From Mobula hypostoma (Eukaryota), in assembly GCF_963921235.1 (NCBI RefSeq), contig NC_086097.1, positions 35,094,001 to 35,158,000 of the forward strand: a stretch of 64,000 nt of DNA, in the 5' to 3' direction. Below are positions 1 to 12,930 of this stretch, one piece after another. The notes beneath the pieces are model-generated. The model was not told the origin of the DNA. It made no database searches and saw nothing but the letters and a program-made list of their open reading frames with translations. Each line of letters opens with the position of its first letter. Within the stretch, counting starts at the first letter, position 1. The translations under genes were made by a program, and so were the position numbers.

Positions 1-93
1 GTGGATAGCCTATAGTAGCAGAAAACAATGAACATACACTCAGTGGCCACTTTAATAAGTACAGGAGGTACCTAATAAAATAATCACTGAGTG
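1..93 (+). mobile_element. 3' end of a Tc1/mariner-derived element with head-to-head TIR copies
   Basis: TACACTCAGTGGCCACTTTAATAAGTAC followed by GGTACCTAATAAAATAATCACTGAGTG (inverted). Shares ACAGGAGGTACCTAATAAA with the Tc1 relic end at ~49070-49095. Confidence 0.75.
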
Positions 94-699
94 ATTTTTT
101 AAAACTTTTCACTCAGTTTACTTTTTAAAACCATGCCTTGGAAACAATGTCAGTTTATCTACACATTTATCATTGATTGAATTAGAGCACATTTAAGAAC
201 ATCCAATTTCAGAAAATATTTATTTTTCTACACATGAAAGATAAACCAGTGATCCTTTGAATTAGTAAATTTTAATTACAGAATAATGCAGTAGAACTGT
301 TGTTTGAACCATGTTCTCAACATAGAGGAAAAGAATGGTATGGAAATACCTCTATCATGATTCATTGAACAAGCTATGTAAGAAATTATTGATCCTTATT
401 TCTACATGAAAAAGTTCAAAAATCTGGAGAGGAGAATCCTATGTTAAAATAATAACAATAATAAACATGAGTATGTATACCTAGTGAATTATTTGTTTTG
501 TTTTCCATGTTCCAAAAATCATGTTATGTTATTTCTCAATCATTCAATTCATAGAATTGCCAACAATTCATTAGGTTGCTCAAGCACAGTGTTCATTCCC
601 TATGATCAGCTTTCAGCTAATGACATTTTCCAATTAAACAATGGTACTGTTATCATGGTCTTCTGTCATTGATATTCTGACTGGTCACAGTTAATCTCA

Positions 700-1300
700 G
701 ATCATAGATGAAACAGCTAAGGATAATAGGGTCTGGGGCAATGGACTTGAGGAGCTCCTGAGGTGAAGCTTTGGTTTTATGGATGATTGACCTCCAACAA
801 CCTCAGGTGTCTTTTTTTTGTTTAAGGTGTAATGCCAGTGACTGGAGTGTTTACCACTGATGCCCAATGACATACTTCACTGGAGTTCCTTGGTGCCACA
901 TTTGGTAAGATGCTCCCTTGATGTCAAGGGTGATCACCTGACCTCAGCTCTGGAATCCTGCTCTTCACCCTATATCTATACCAAGGCTGTTCTGAGGTTT
1001 CGCAAAACTTAAAAGGGGCATTGGTAAGCAGCTTACTATAATGTGAGTATTAACTTCTTCCATCACTTTGCTAATGATTGGAAGATACTTAAATATTGTA
1101 ATTGCCCTGTTTTAATGAATATGGCAGCTCTAGGCTATTTAGTTTACAACACCAGAAAGATGCCAATGCTGTAATTGTTCTGGAACAGCTTGCCTAAAGG
1201 CATGGCTAGTTCCAGAGTAGATGATTTCAGTGCTACAACACGGATCTCTCTGGTTTCTTCACATTTACTACATTGAATAATTTCTGCTCTTTTTATGATA
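700..1300 (-). mobile_element. Ancient degraded LINE-like repeat, same family as ~55770-57120
   Basis: Colinear similarity by eye: 915-1000 (GATGTCAAGGG..CACCTGACCTCAGCTC..CCAAGGCTG) vs 56870-56935 (CTGTCAGGG..CTCACCTCAGCTC..CAAGGCTG). No ORF left. Confidence 0.35.
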
Positions 1301-1312
1301 TTATTGGCTGAA

Positions 1313-1385
1313 GACCATGAGATATAGGAAAAGAATTAGGCCAATCAGCAAATTGAATCTGCTCCAACATTCAATTATGGCTGTT
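1313..1385 (-). mobile_element. CR1 LINE 3' terminus (host copy, continues at 4365)
   Basis: GACCATGAGATATAGG..GAATTAGGCC..CTGCTCC..CATTCAATTATGGCTG matches the reverse complement of other CR1 3' ends in the window (e.g. 52320-52390). Confidence 0.65.
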
Positions 1386-1389
1386 CTGT

Positions 1390-4365
1390 GACAATTATAT
1401 CACATTACAGCATTGGTGGCATGAGTTACAGGGTAATAGAGGTGTGGTATAGTTAAAACCGAAAGCGACAAATACTGGACAGAGTGTGTTGTCTTTGAAT
1501 ACAAGCAGCATAAGGAATAAAATGGATGATCTTGAAATTCAGCTACAGATTGGCAAATATGACGATGTGGCCATCTCTGAAACTTGGCTAAAGGATGGCT
1601 GCTATTGGGAGCTGAACGTCCAAGGATATATGGTGTATCAGAAAGATAGGTTAGTAGGCAGAGGGGGTAGTGTGGCTCTGTGTATAAAAAATAATATTAA
1701 ATCATTAGAAAGAGATGACATAGGATTAGAAAGTGTAGATTCTCTATGGGTTGAGTTAAGAAATGGCAAGGGTAAAAGGACCCTAATGGCAGTTGTATAC
1801 AGGCCTCCAAACAGCAGCCGGGATGTGGATTACAAATTACAGCAGGAGATAGAAACGGCGTGTCAGAAGGCAATGTCTGATAATCGTTGGGGATTTTTAA
1901 CATGAAAATGGATTGGGAAAACCAGGTCTTTACTGGACCTCAAGAGAGAGAATTTGTAGAATGTCTAAGGGATGGCTTTTTAGAACAGCTTGTTGTTGAG
2001 CCCACTAGGGGATTGACTGTGCTGGATTGGGTGTTGTGCAATGATCCGGAGTTGATAAGTGAGCTTAAAGTTAAGGAACCCTTGGAGAATAATGATCACA
2101 ATATGATTGAGTTCACATTGAAATTTGAGAGGGAAAAAATAAAATCCAATGTGTTGGTATTTCAGTGGAATAAAGGAAATTTCAATGGCTTGAGAGGGGA
2201 ACTGGCCAAAATTGAATGGAAAGGGACATTTGCAGGAAGGACAGCAGAGCAGCAATGGCTGGAGTTTCTGTGAAAAATGATGGAAGTGCAAGGCAGATAT
2301 ATTCCAAATAAGAAGAAATTTTCAAAGGGAAGAAGGACACTACCGTGACTGACAAGTGAAGTCAGAGCCAAAGTAAAAGCAAAAGAGAGGGCATACAAGG
2401 AAGCCAGAGCTAGTGGGAAGATAGAGGATTGGGAAGCTTTTAAAAACTTGCAGAGAAACTAGAAAGGTCATTAGGAAGGAGAAGATGAATTATGAAAGGA
2501 AGCTAGTGACTAATATCAAAGAAGATACCAAAAGCTTTTTTAAGTATATAAAGGGTAAAAGAGAGTTGAGGGTAGATATAGGACCAATACAAAATAATAC
2601 TGGAGATATTGTAATGAGAGATGCAGAGATGGCAGAGGAACTGAATGTGAATTTTGCACCAGTCTTCACAGTGGAAGACGTCTGCAGTATACCGGACATT
2701 CAAGAGTGTCAGGGAAGTGAAGTTTGTGCAGTGAAAATTACAACTGAAAAGGTGCTCAGCTGAATGGTCTCAGGGGTGGATAAATCCCCTGGACCTGATG
2801 GAATGCACCCTCGGGTTCTGAAGGAAGTAGCTGGAGAGATGGTAGAGGCATTAACGATGATCTTTCAAGAATCGATAGACTCTGGCATTGTACCAGATGA
2901 CAAGAACATCGCAAGTGTTACTCTGCTATTTAAGAAGGGTGGGAGGCAGCAGAAAGGAAACTATGGACCTGTTAGCCTGACATCAGTGGTTGGGAAGTTG
3001 TTGGAATCGATTGTTAGGAATGAGATTATGGAGTACCTGGAGGCACATGACAAGATAGGCCAAAGCCAGCATGGTTTCCTGAAAGGAAAATCCTGCCTGT
3101 CTAACCTACTACAATTTTTTAATAAAATTGCAAACAGGGTAGACAAAGGAGATGCAGTAAACGTGGTGTACTTGGATTTTCAGAAGGCCTTTGACAAGGT
3201 GCTGCACATGAGGCTGCTTAGCAAGATAAGAGCCCATGGAATCAGAGGGGAGTTACTAGCATGGGTGGAGCATTGGCTGATTGGCAGAAAACAGAGAGTA
3301 GGAATAAAGGGATCCTATTCTGGCTGGCTGCCGGTTACCAGTGGAGTTCCACAGGGGCCAGTGTTGGGACCACTGCTTTTTAGGATGTATGTCAATGATT
3401 TGGTATTAATGGAGTTGTGGCTGAATTTTCCGATGATACAAAGGTAGGTGGAGGAGTGGGTAGTGTTGAGTAAACAGAAAGCCTGCAGAGAGACTTAGAT
3501 AGTTTAGGGAATAGGCAAAGAAGTGGCAAATGAAATACAATGTTGGAAAGTATATGGTCATGCACTTTGGTGGAAGAAATAAACGGGCAGACTGTTATTT
3601 AGATGGGGAGAGAATTCAAAATGCAGAGATGCAAAGAGAATTGGGAGTCCTTGTGCAAGATACCCTAAAGGTTAACCTGCAGGTTGAGTCGGTTGTGAAG
3701 AAGGCGAATGCAATGTTGGCATTCAATTCTAGAGGTATAGAATATAAGAGCAGGGATGTGATGTGGAGGCTCTATAAGGCACTCGTGAGATCATACTTGG
3801 AGTATTGTGTGCAGTTTTGTGCTCCCTATTTTAGAAAGAATATATTGACATCGGAAAGGGTTCAAAGGAGATTCACAAGAATGATTCCAGGAATGAAAGG
3901 GTTACCGTATGAGGAACATCTGGTAGCTCCTGGGCTGTATTACCTGGAGTTCAGGAGAATGAGTGGGGATTTCATAGAGACATTCTGAATGTTAAAAGGC
4001 CTGATCAGATTAGATATGGCAAAGTTATTTCCCATGGTAGGGGATTCTAGGATAAGAGGGCACAACTTCAGAATTGAAGGACATCCATTTAGAACTGAGA
4101 TGCAGAGAAATTACTTTAGTCAGAGGGTGGTATATCTGTGGAATTTACTGCCATGAACAGCTGTGGAGGCCAAGTCATTGGGTATATTTAAGGCAGAGAT
4201 AGGTAGGTTCTTGATCAACCCTGGCATGAAAGGGTATGGGGTGAAGGCAGGGGAGTGGGGATGACTGGAAGAATTGGATCAGCCCACGATTGAATAGTGG
4301 AGCAGACTTGATGGGCCAAATGGCCTGCTTCTGCTTCCATATATTATGATCTTATGGTCTATGGT
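1390..4365 (+). mobile_element. CR1-clade LINE, near-complete ORF2 (APE endonuclease + RT) with frameshifts and stops
   Basis: Motifs ISETWL, VVYRPP, DHNMI, KSPGPDGMHP, GPVSLTSVVGK, QHGF, YLDFQKAFDKV, GVPQG, LEYCVQF across ORFs 1486-3988. CR1 3' UTR with ATGGTCT tail repeats. Confidence 0.95.
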
Positions 4366-5195
4366 CTTTTATTTTCCTTCCCAGTTTCCTGTCTTCTTCC
4401 CATCATAATCTTTGACACTGAAGAACCTATCAACCTCCACTTTAAATATAACTCAATGACTTGATCTTCACAGCTGTTTGTGGCAATGAATTCCACAGAT
4501 CCACCATTCTCTAGACATCTGGCTAAAGAAATTCTTCCTTGTCTCTGTTCCTAAGGGACTTCTTAATGTTTTGAGTTTCACTGAGATCCTTCCCCACCCC
4601 CCCAATTCTTCGAAACTTCAGTGACTGCAGGCCCAGAGCCATCAAGCGCTCCTCATAACTAACCCTTTCATTCCTGGGATCATTCTAGTAAATCCCCTCT
4701 GGACTGTCTCCAATAGCAATACATCCTTTCTTAGATATAGGGCCCAAAACTGCTCACAATTCTCTAAGTATTGTCTATAAGTGCCTTATAAGCCTCAGCA
4801 TTACATCATTGCTTTTATATTCTTGTCCTCTTGAAATTGCATTGCATTTTCCTTCCCTATTACCAACTCAACCTGCAAGTTAACCTTTATGGAATTCTGC
4901 ATGAGAACGCTCAAGTCCCTTTGCACCCCTGATTTCTGAATTTGATCCCTGTTTAGAAAATAGTCTACACCCTTATTCCTTCCACCAAAGTGACTGACTG
5001 TACACTTCCCTACACTGTTTTCCATCTGCCAGTTCTTTGCCCATTCTATTAATCTGTCCAAGTCCTCTGTAGATTCCCTGCTTCCACAATATTTCATGTC
5101 CCTCCACCTATTATCAGCAAACTTGGTCACAAAGCCATCAATTCCATCGTCCAGGTCCTTAACATACCAACATGAAAAGCAGCAGATCCAATTTT
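4365..5195 (-). mobile_element. Degraded 5'-truncated CR1 LINE
   Basis: ORF 4801-5130 (KFAD, EWAKNWQM, QRDL) plus CR1 3' region. Confidence 0.85.
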
Positions 5196-5834
5196 ACAGA
5201 GAGGCTGCAGACGTATAATGAGCCCTGTCATCTTTGAGGATAAGGTGCCCTTGGAGCCTCTCCTCTGACCCTAATTATTTGTCCTGTGGCCAGACTATAG
5301 AACTGTGATATGATGTGTTAGTTATGCGATTGTTTAGCTTTTATAAATGATCATCAAAGCTGCTATAAAAAACCCACCTGCTTCACCTATATCTGTCAGA
5401 GAGAAAAATGTTACTACTAACTGGTCTGATCTACCTGAGACTTTGATTTCACACAACAGTATTGTCTGTTGATAGTTATTGTATGAGGAAATGAAAATAT
5501 GTGCTACATTCCCATTGTAAAATGTAAGCTGTTTAAGAACGGTATTGAGTGGTTACGCTACAAATGTGATTAGCATCAGGGTCCTTGATTTTTTTGTATG
5601 AAGCGAATCAAATTCCATTTTGACCAAGTTACAATCTGTATTTTTTTTGCTGGTACATTGGAGATAGAAGATTAACAAAGATATTTTTCTGTATTCGAAA
5701 GTGTAAATATAATATTTATTTGTTTATATATGCCTTATTCATTTATTATATTGTCCCGGCCTAATTCTCACAATGATAACACATTGAGAGATATTATTTT
5801 TGGCATTAATCAGCGATTACTGCACAATAAAATC

Positions 5835-5980
5835 AAAGTCAAACAAAGTTTATTATCAAATTACATATGTGTATGTTTCTATTTACTACCTTAAGATTTA
5901 TTTTCATTCAGGCAATTACAGCAAAATAAAGAAATGTAATAGACATAGATACATAAGCAAAGACTGACAAACAACCAATG
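5835..5980 (-). mobile_element. Rex/Babar-type LINE 3' tail fragment
   Basis: AAAGTTTATTATCAAA.TACATATG is the reverse complement of the tail ATGTACTTTGATAATAAATTTACTTTG seen at 40560-40590 and 31340-31370. Confidence 0.55.
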
Positions 5981-6165
5981 AATAAGACATAATGGGGCAT
6001 GGGCGGGGGGGGTTGAATTTCTTCTTGATAGTAATCAGGAGTAATCATCAGCAAAGAGACGAGTGGTAATAATTTATGCATTTTACAGACTTATGATGTA
6101 TATCTTGAAATAGAAGATATGACTGTGTTTGATCTGGTATCAAACAATTGAAGTTGCATAAGACA

Positions 6166-6358
6166 ACAAACACAGGAAAATCTGCAAATGCTGGAAATCC
6201 AAAGCAACACACACAAAATTCTGGAGGAACTCAGCAGTTTTGGCAGTATCTGTAGAAAGGAATAAACAGTTACCCTTCAAGGACCCCCAGCCGAAACGTT
6301 GACTGTTCACTCTTTTCCATAGATGCTGCCTGGCCTGCTGAGTTCCTCCAGCATTTTG
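6166..6358. mobile_element. Palindromic Penelope-like pLTR mini-insertion with 17-bp TSD
   Basis: Two PLE 3' tails in inverted orientation around a degenerate hammerhead (CCGAAACGTTGACTG). Flanked by TGAAGTTG(C/T)ATAAGACA at 6149-6165 and 6359-6375. Confidence 0.8.
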
Positions 6359-6431
6359 TGAAGTTGTATAAGACATTGGTGAGGCCTAATTTGGAGTATT
6401 GTGTACAGTTTTGTTCACCCTCCTATAGGAA

Positions 6432-6751
6432 GTGGGCACGTGGCCAAGTGGTTAAGGCATTGGACTAGCGACCTGAAAGTCGAGAGTTTGAGCCCCAGCC
6501 GAGGGAATGTGTTGTGTCCCTGAGCAAGCACTTAATCACACATTGCTCTGTGACGACACTGGTGCCAAGCTGTATGGGTCCTAATGCCCTTCCCTTGGAC
6601 AACATTGGTGTTGTGGAGAGGGGAGACTTGCAACATGGGCACTGCTGGTCTTCCATACAACCTTGCCCAGGCCTGCGCCCTGGAGAGTGAAGACTTTCCA
6701 GGCGCAGATCCATGGTCTCACAAGACTAGTGGATGCCTTTACTTTACTTTA
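6432..6751 (+). mobile_element. tRNA-derived SINE with 10-bp TSD
   Basis: tRNA-like head GGGCACGTGGCCAAGTGGTTAAGGC (A box) and GAGTTTGAGCCCC (degenerate B box). Tail (CTTTA)n. TSD CCTATAGGAA at 6422-6431 and 6752-6761. Confidence 0.85.
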
Positions 6752-6816
6752 CCTATAGGAAAGACGTAAATAAGATTGAAAAGGTACAGAGAAAGTTTAT
6801 AAGGGTGTTGCTGGGA

Positions 6817-7987
6817 ACATAGAATCTACAGCACATTACAGGCCCTTTGGCCCACAATGTTGTGCCAACCATGTAACCTACTCTAGAAACTGCCTGGAAT
6901 TACCACCCTACCACATAGTCCTCTATTTTCCTAAGCTCCATGTACCTATCTAAGAGTCTCTTAAAGTATCTGCCTCCACCACCGTCGCCAGCAGTGCATT
7001 CCACGCATTCACCACTCTGTGAAGAACTTACCCTGACATCCCCTCTGTACCTGCTTCCAAGCACCTTAAAACTATGTCCCTTCATGTTAGCCATTTTAAC
7101 CCTGGGAAAAAGCTTCTGGCTATCCACACAATCAACGCCTCTCATCATCTTATACACCTCTATCAGGTCACCTCTCATCCTCCGTCGCTCCAAGGAGAAA
7201 AGGCCAAGTTCACTCAACCTATTTTCATAAGGCACACTCTCCAATCCAGGCAACATCTTCGTAAATCTCCTCTGTACTCTCCCTATGGTATCCACATCCT
7301 TCCTGTAATGAGGTGACCAGAACTGAACATAGTACTCCAAGTGGGGTCTGACCAAGGTCTTATATAGCTGTAACATTACCTCATGGCTCTTGAACTCAGT
7401 CCTACGGTTGGTGAATGCCAACACACTATACACCTTCTTAACAACACTGTCAACCTGTGCAGCAGCTTTGAATATCCTATGGACCCAGACTTCAAAATCT
7501 CCGATCCTCCACACTGCCAGGAATCTTACCATTAATATTATATGCTGTCTGTAAATTTGACCTACCAATATGAACCACCTCACACTTACCTGTGTTGAAC
7601 TCCATCTACCACTTCTTAGCCCAGTTCTGTGTCCTATTGATGTCCTGTTGTAACTTCTGACAATCCTCCAGGCTATCAACAACACCTCCAACTTTTGCGT
7701 CATCAGCAAACTTACTAACCCACCATTCGACTTCTTCATCCAGGTCATTTATAAAAATCACAAAGAGGAGAGGTCCCAGAACAGATCCCTGTGGAACACC
7801 ACTGGTCACCATCCTCCAAGCAGAATATGAACCATCCACAACCATCCTTTGCCTTCTGTGGGCAAGCCAATTCTGGGTCCACAAAGCAAGGTTCCCTTGG
7901 ATTCCATGCCTCATTACTTTCCCAATGAGCCTTGCATGGGGAACCTTATCAAATAACTTATTGAAATTCATATACACTACATCCACT
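6817..7987 (-). mobile_element. 5'-truncated CR1 LINE (RT C-terminal half)
   Basis: ORFs 7606-7986 (DKVPH, GVPQGSVLGPLLF, KFADD) and 6900-7748 (LYKTLVRPHLEY, RRMRGDLIEVYK). Confidence 0.93.
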
Positions 7988-9929
7988 GAGTTATAAGGAC
8001 CTGAGTTAAAAGGAAAGATTGAATAGATTAGGACTGTATTCTATAGAACGTAGAAGATTGAGAGGAAGTTTGATAGAGGTATACAAAATTATGAGGGCTA
8101 TAGATAGGGTAAATGCAAACAGGCTTTTTCCACTGAGGTGGGGTGAGGCTACAACTGGAAGTCATGGTTAAGGGTGAAAGGTGAAATGTTTAGGGGAATG
8201 TGAGGGGAAACTGCTTCACTCAGAGGGAGGTGAGAGTGTGGGATGAGCTGCCAGTGCAAGTGGTGGAAGTGATTTTGATTTCAATGTTTAAGAGGAGTTT
8301 CAATAGGTACGTGGATGGGAGGAGTATGGAGGGCTGTGGACTGGATGCAGGTTGATGGTACCAGGCAGTTTAAATGGTTGGGCATGGACTAGATGGGCCA
8401 AAGGGCCTGTTTCTGTGCTGTAGTTTTCTATGACTCTATTAATTGGAAAACTACAAATTTAGTCAAATTACGACGGGTTGTAGGGTTGAATAACTGGTGA
8501 GTTCCTTTCATCAGCCAACCTAAGGATCGATCCCTGAACTGATTGAGCTAATCTGAACAAGTGACACCCTTTTTTACAGCTATCTGAAGAAACTCTGTAA
8601 GTTTTATGATTTTTATCTTGGTTTTAATACCACCTCATTAATAGCTGTAAAATAGAGCAGAGGTGAGATGAAAATCAAAGAAGGAAGGGAATGGAAGGCT
8701 GTTTTGTCCTAGACAGTTGTCTGCGCTGATATCAGGAGGACATTTATTTTGGGTATTTAGGTTTCTTGATGAAAATGTAACTGATTGGCTGACATACAAT
8801 TTTTTTAATCAGACAGTTATAATAATTTAAATGTTGACACTGAGGTAAGATAGATATTTTAGGAGAAAGGACAAAATTCTGGGTCAAAAAGTAAGTTTAA
8901 AGGAAGAAGAATTGGAAAAATGATCAAGTTTTCCAGAGAAAATTGATGCTGCGGCTGGTAATATTGTGTTGAAGAGTCAAAGCTGGAATTAGAATTGGTT
9001 CATTGTTGTTACATGTACAGAGATACAGTGAAAAAATTGTCTCTCAATCTGTTCATACAGATCATATCATTGCACAGTGCATTGAGGTAGAACAAGATAA
9101 AACAATAACAGAATGCAAAATAAAGTGTAAGGGCTACATTGAAAGTACAGTGCACGTAAAGTTGGAGAGGCTGTAGGGCAAAAGAAGTCCCAGAAACAAA
9201 GGCTAACAGAACCACCGAGGGACTTAGATATGAGGGTGAGAGTTTCCATTTGGTGGATTTGGAGCAACTACTGTAGATGGTGATGAAGTTCAGAAAGCTC
9301 AGTGCAGAATCTAATCTGCATAAATGACATTTACAAAGGTAGGAGGGTGGAAGGTATCATTGGAAAGACCTGATCTAGAAATACAAGGTCACGAATAAGG
9401 GTTTCAGTTACAGATGCCGGAGGCAGTGGTGGGGCAGAGAACGCTATAGAACCTCTCAGCAATTAGAATAGCAATCTCTAACAATGGATATGCTCTGTTC
9501 ACCTCTCAAAACTTGCACTCCCCCATTTTGCAGTAGTGTATGTCATGTATACAATGTACTGAATCAACTCGCCAAAAACTCCTTTGACATTATCTCCCAA
9601 AACCTACAACCTCTACCACTTAAAAATAAAGGCAGCAGACATAAGGGAATATTACCTTCTGGAAGTTTCCTTCAATGTCGCTCCCCGTGATGATATATTC
9701 TTGTTTCTTTGTGTAGTAGCTGTGTCTACATCCTCAAATATGTTACCAAGTGACCCTGTAGGACCAGATGGGTATGATGGATATCCACTACCACCTAATA
9801 ACTGGTGACTGGACATCCGTTTTAAAAGAATTAGAAAATAAACTACAGATGATAATCCTGCAATATTTTGAGGATTTTTTATTTGTTTTCAAAATTCAAC
9901 TTTGTTTTCAAGGAACCTGAATTAAGAAA

Positions 9930-10070
9930 AGTTTGGAGGAACTCAGCAGGCCAGGCAGCATCTATGGAAAAGAGTAAACAGTCGACATTTCGGACCGAGA
10001 TCCTTCATTAGGACTGGAGAAAAAAGATGAGCAGTCAGAGCAAGAAGGTGGGGGGAGGGGAAGAAAAGAT
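9930..10070 (-). mobile_element. Penelope-like pLTR fragment
   Basis: GGAGGAACTCAGCAGGCCAGGCAGCATCTATGG tail plus hammerhead motif, homologous to 14090-14225. Confidence 0.75.
9979..10016 (-). ncRNA. Degenerate minimal hammerhead ribozyme motif
   Basis: Reverse complement CAGTC-CTAATGA-A-GGATCTCGGTCC-GAAA-TGTC-GACTG. Core G5 mutated; stem II intact. Confidence 0.55.
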
Positions 10071-10349
10071 ATGCCCGTTGATTGTGATATTCAAGCTTCT
10101 TATGATTTGCAAAAGAAGTAAGTTTACTTTGTAGTAGAGCTGCTCGCCAAACAGATTTCTAAAAACTATATCGATTCTTTATTCTGAGTCGCGAAATGCG
10201 GTTGTTCTTCTCATCGTTATTGCTGGGCAATCACTGAAAGATATTAAAAAGTATTTTTCTTGCTTTAGTGAATGTTGGAGATTGAGCTGGTGTTAGAGTC
10301 TGGGTTGATGTGGATCTTATGGCTGAGAAATTAGTGCAAATATATCACA

Positions 10350-11125
10350 TAAGAACACAAGAAATAGGAGCAGGAATAGGCCATCTGGCCCATCGAGTCT
10401 GTTCTGCCATTCAATAAGATCATGGCATAACTGATCATGGACTCATCTCCACCTTCCTGCCTTTTCCCCATTACCCTTAATTCCCCTACTATGTGAAAAT
10501 CTATCCAACCTTGTCTTAAGTATATTTACTGAGGTAGCCTCCACTGCTTCATTGGGCAGAGAACTCCACAGATTCACCACCCTCTGGCAAAAGCAGCTCC
10601 TCCTCATCTCTGTCCTAAATCTACTCCCACAAATCTTGAGGCTATGTTCTCTAGTTCTAGTCTCACCCACCAGTGGAAACAACTTTCCTGCCTTTATCTT
10701 ATCTATCCCTTCCATAATTTTATGTTTCTATAAGATCTCTTCTCATTCTTCTGAATTCCAGTGGATGCAGTTCCAGACAACTCAATCTCTCTTTATGGTC
10801 TAATCTCCCTCATCCCTGGAATCAACCTGGTAAACCTCCTCTGCACCACCTCCAAAACCAGTATATCCTTCTTCAAGGAGACCAGAACTGTATGCAGTTC
10901 TCCAGGTGCGGCCTCACCAGTACCCTGTACAGTTGCAGCATAACCTCCCTAATCTTAACTTCAATCCCTCTAGTAATGGCCAACATCCCATTAGCCTTCT
11001 TGACAGCCTGCTGCACCTGCAAACCAACCTTTTGTGATTCATGCACAAGCACTCCCAAGTCCCTCTGCACAGCAGCATGCTGCAATTTTTTAATTATTTA
11101 AATAAAAATGGTTTCATTTTTCCTT
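10350..11125 (-). mobile_element. 5'-truncated CR1 LINE
   Basis: ORFs 10873-11085 (QRDLGVLVH, LVRPHLE) and 10443-10715 (RVVNLWSSLP), plus CR1 3' tail. Confidence 0.9.
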
Positions 11126-12930
11126 CCAACATAGATGACCTCACTAAGGGATTGGATTGTGACTGTGGTGTAGTGACATTTCACCAGCAAATCAGTCAGA
11201 TCAGAACTGAGACAAGATCATAGACCAATGAAGATACTAAATTAGTGTAAGTTGTGTTTTTTTGGTATCTATTATCTTTCAAACAATGAGTTACTTTAAA
11301 ACAGGTAACTCGTTTGAACAGTAAAAGAACTTAAATAATAAGCTCCATAGTGCATTGAATTCAGAATGTCTTCAAAGATTCTTGAGAAGAACACTACCTG
11401 TTAGTCCATTTCATTACAATGCAGCCCAATTAGTGGAGTCTTTAAACTAGAGCCATGTCACAGAAGCAATCCCATTTATTTAGTTACAGTGCCACTGATA
11501 CGCAGGTTATGAATTTGGCCAAGAATAACTGGGAGTATGTCAATTTGTCATAGGTTAATGTTATCCTTGGTCTTCAAAGGAAGGGGTAGATAAAGTTGTG
11601 GAATCCATATGTTTAAATGAGCCTGTTGGTTGTAGGTGCCCTCCCAAGTTCAACAACTTTTAGAGAAATTTATTTAGAGAAATCCACCTAGAAGCTGCTC
11701 AGTAAGTGCTTATTTCTCTGCAGCCAACAGAAATCTTCAGGCCTCTTTATAGCTGCTCAGTAGCTCCCTCTCCATGATATCGCTTTCCCTGACTTGTCTA
11801 GTAGCAATACGTTGGGAGAATCAGCAATGCTGATCTCACCCCACCTTATACAGTCTCTTGGCAACTCCTACCACACACTCAGACAGGGAAGATTCTGGTT
11901 GAAGACATTTAGTGGGGATAGACGCTGCTTCTCCATAATTTGCTCATTTAAACACTTCCTGGATCTGGTGATTTATAATGCTGGACGAAGCAAACAGTAC
12001 TCTGGACTAACAGCATCTGCAGAATCTCCTGTGTTTATGATACTTCTAATTCAGTAATATTAACTTTAAAATAAGTAATTTGGCTTCTTTGTTTGCCATG
12101 GTTGCTTACTGTTGACCAATAGCTTTTCCTCCATCTAGTAAATGGAACTGTTTATTGACTGATTTACCCTCAGAATTAGATATTAAACCTGTTCACTAAG
12201 CTTAACATCAGGTAGTGTTATCTGAGCCATTAGTAATTGCTATGCCCTACATATGGTCATTTTTGAAATTTGAATAATAAAGTTTTTATTCTTTTGTGAG
12301 GCTTGTAAATCAATAGCTCAATAGGTTCAATAGGTACATTTAATGTCAGAGAAATGTATACAATATACATACTGAAATTCTTTTTCAGCCTCATACTGGC
12401 ATTATCAGTTATTTTTATACGTATAGAGAGCTCAAGCAATAGGACACATTGAACGATGAACAAACAAACCAATACAAAGACATTCTTCATGTCTATTGTT
12501 AACATTTTGGCTTTAAAATATAACATCTTTCTTGTAGGTAGATGACCAAAACTGCACACAGTACTCTACCAGAAAAAGTGGGATCTCCCAGTGGCCACCC
12601 ATTTTAATTGCACTTCCCATTCCCATTCTGACACGTCTGTCCATGGCCTCCTCTACAGTCGCGACGGTTGGAGGAACAACACCTTGTATTCCTTCTGGGT
12701 AGCCTTCAACCCGATGACATGAACATCGATTTCTCGAACTTCCAGTAATGGCCCCCCACTTCACCATTCCCCATCCCCTTTTCCCTCTCTCACCTTATCT
12801 CCTTGCCTGCCCATCGCCTCCCTCTGGTGCTCCTCTCCCTTTTTCTTTCTCCATGGCCTTCTGTCCTTACCTATTAGATTCCCCCTTCTCCAGCCCAGTA
12901 TCTCTTTCACCAGTTAACGAATAGGGTTCC

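Larger units (their letters stand above)
6359..8440 (+). mobile_element. CR1 3' fragment (host), interrupted by a SINE (6432-6751) and an antisense CR1 (6817-7987)
   Basis: LYKTLVRPNLEYCVQF-like sequence at 6364-6415. Resumes at 6752 and at 7988 and ends in a CR1 3' tail near 8440. Confidence 0.8.

Noticed and set aside
1486..3988. RT/endonuclease ORFs as functional genes or a prokaryotic retron/DGR
   Set aside because: Frameshifted CR1 ORF2 relics in a vertebrate context; the same applies to 59168-62976.
6434..6505. tRNA-like sequences (also ~15420-15492 and ~49137-49185)
   Set aside because: SINE heads followed by body and tail (with TSD at 6432 and 49137), not tRNA genes.
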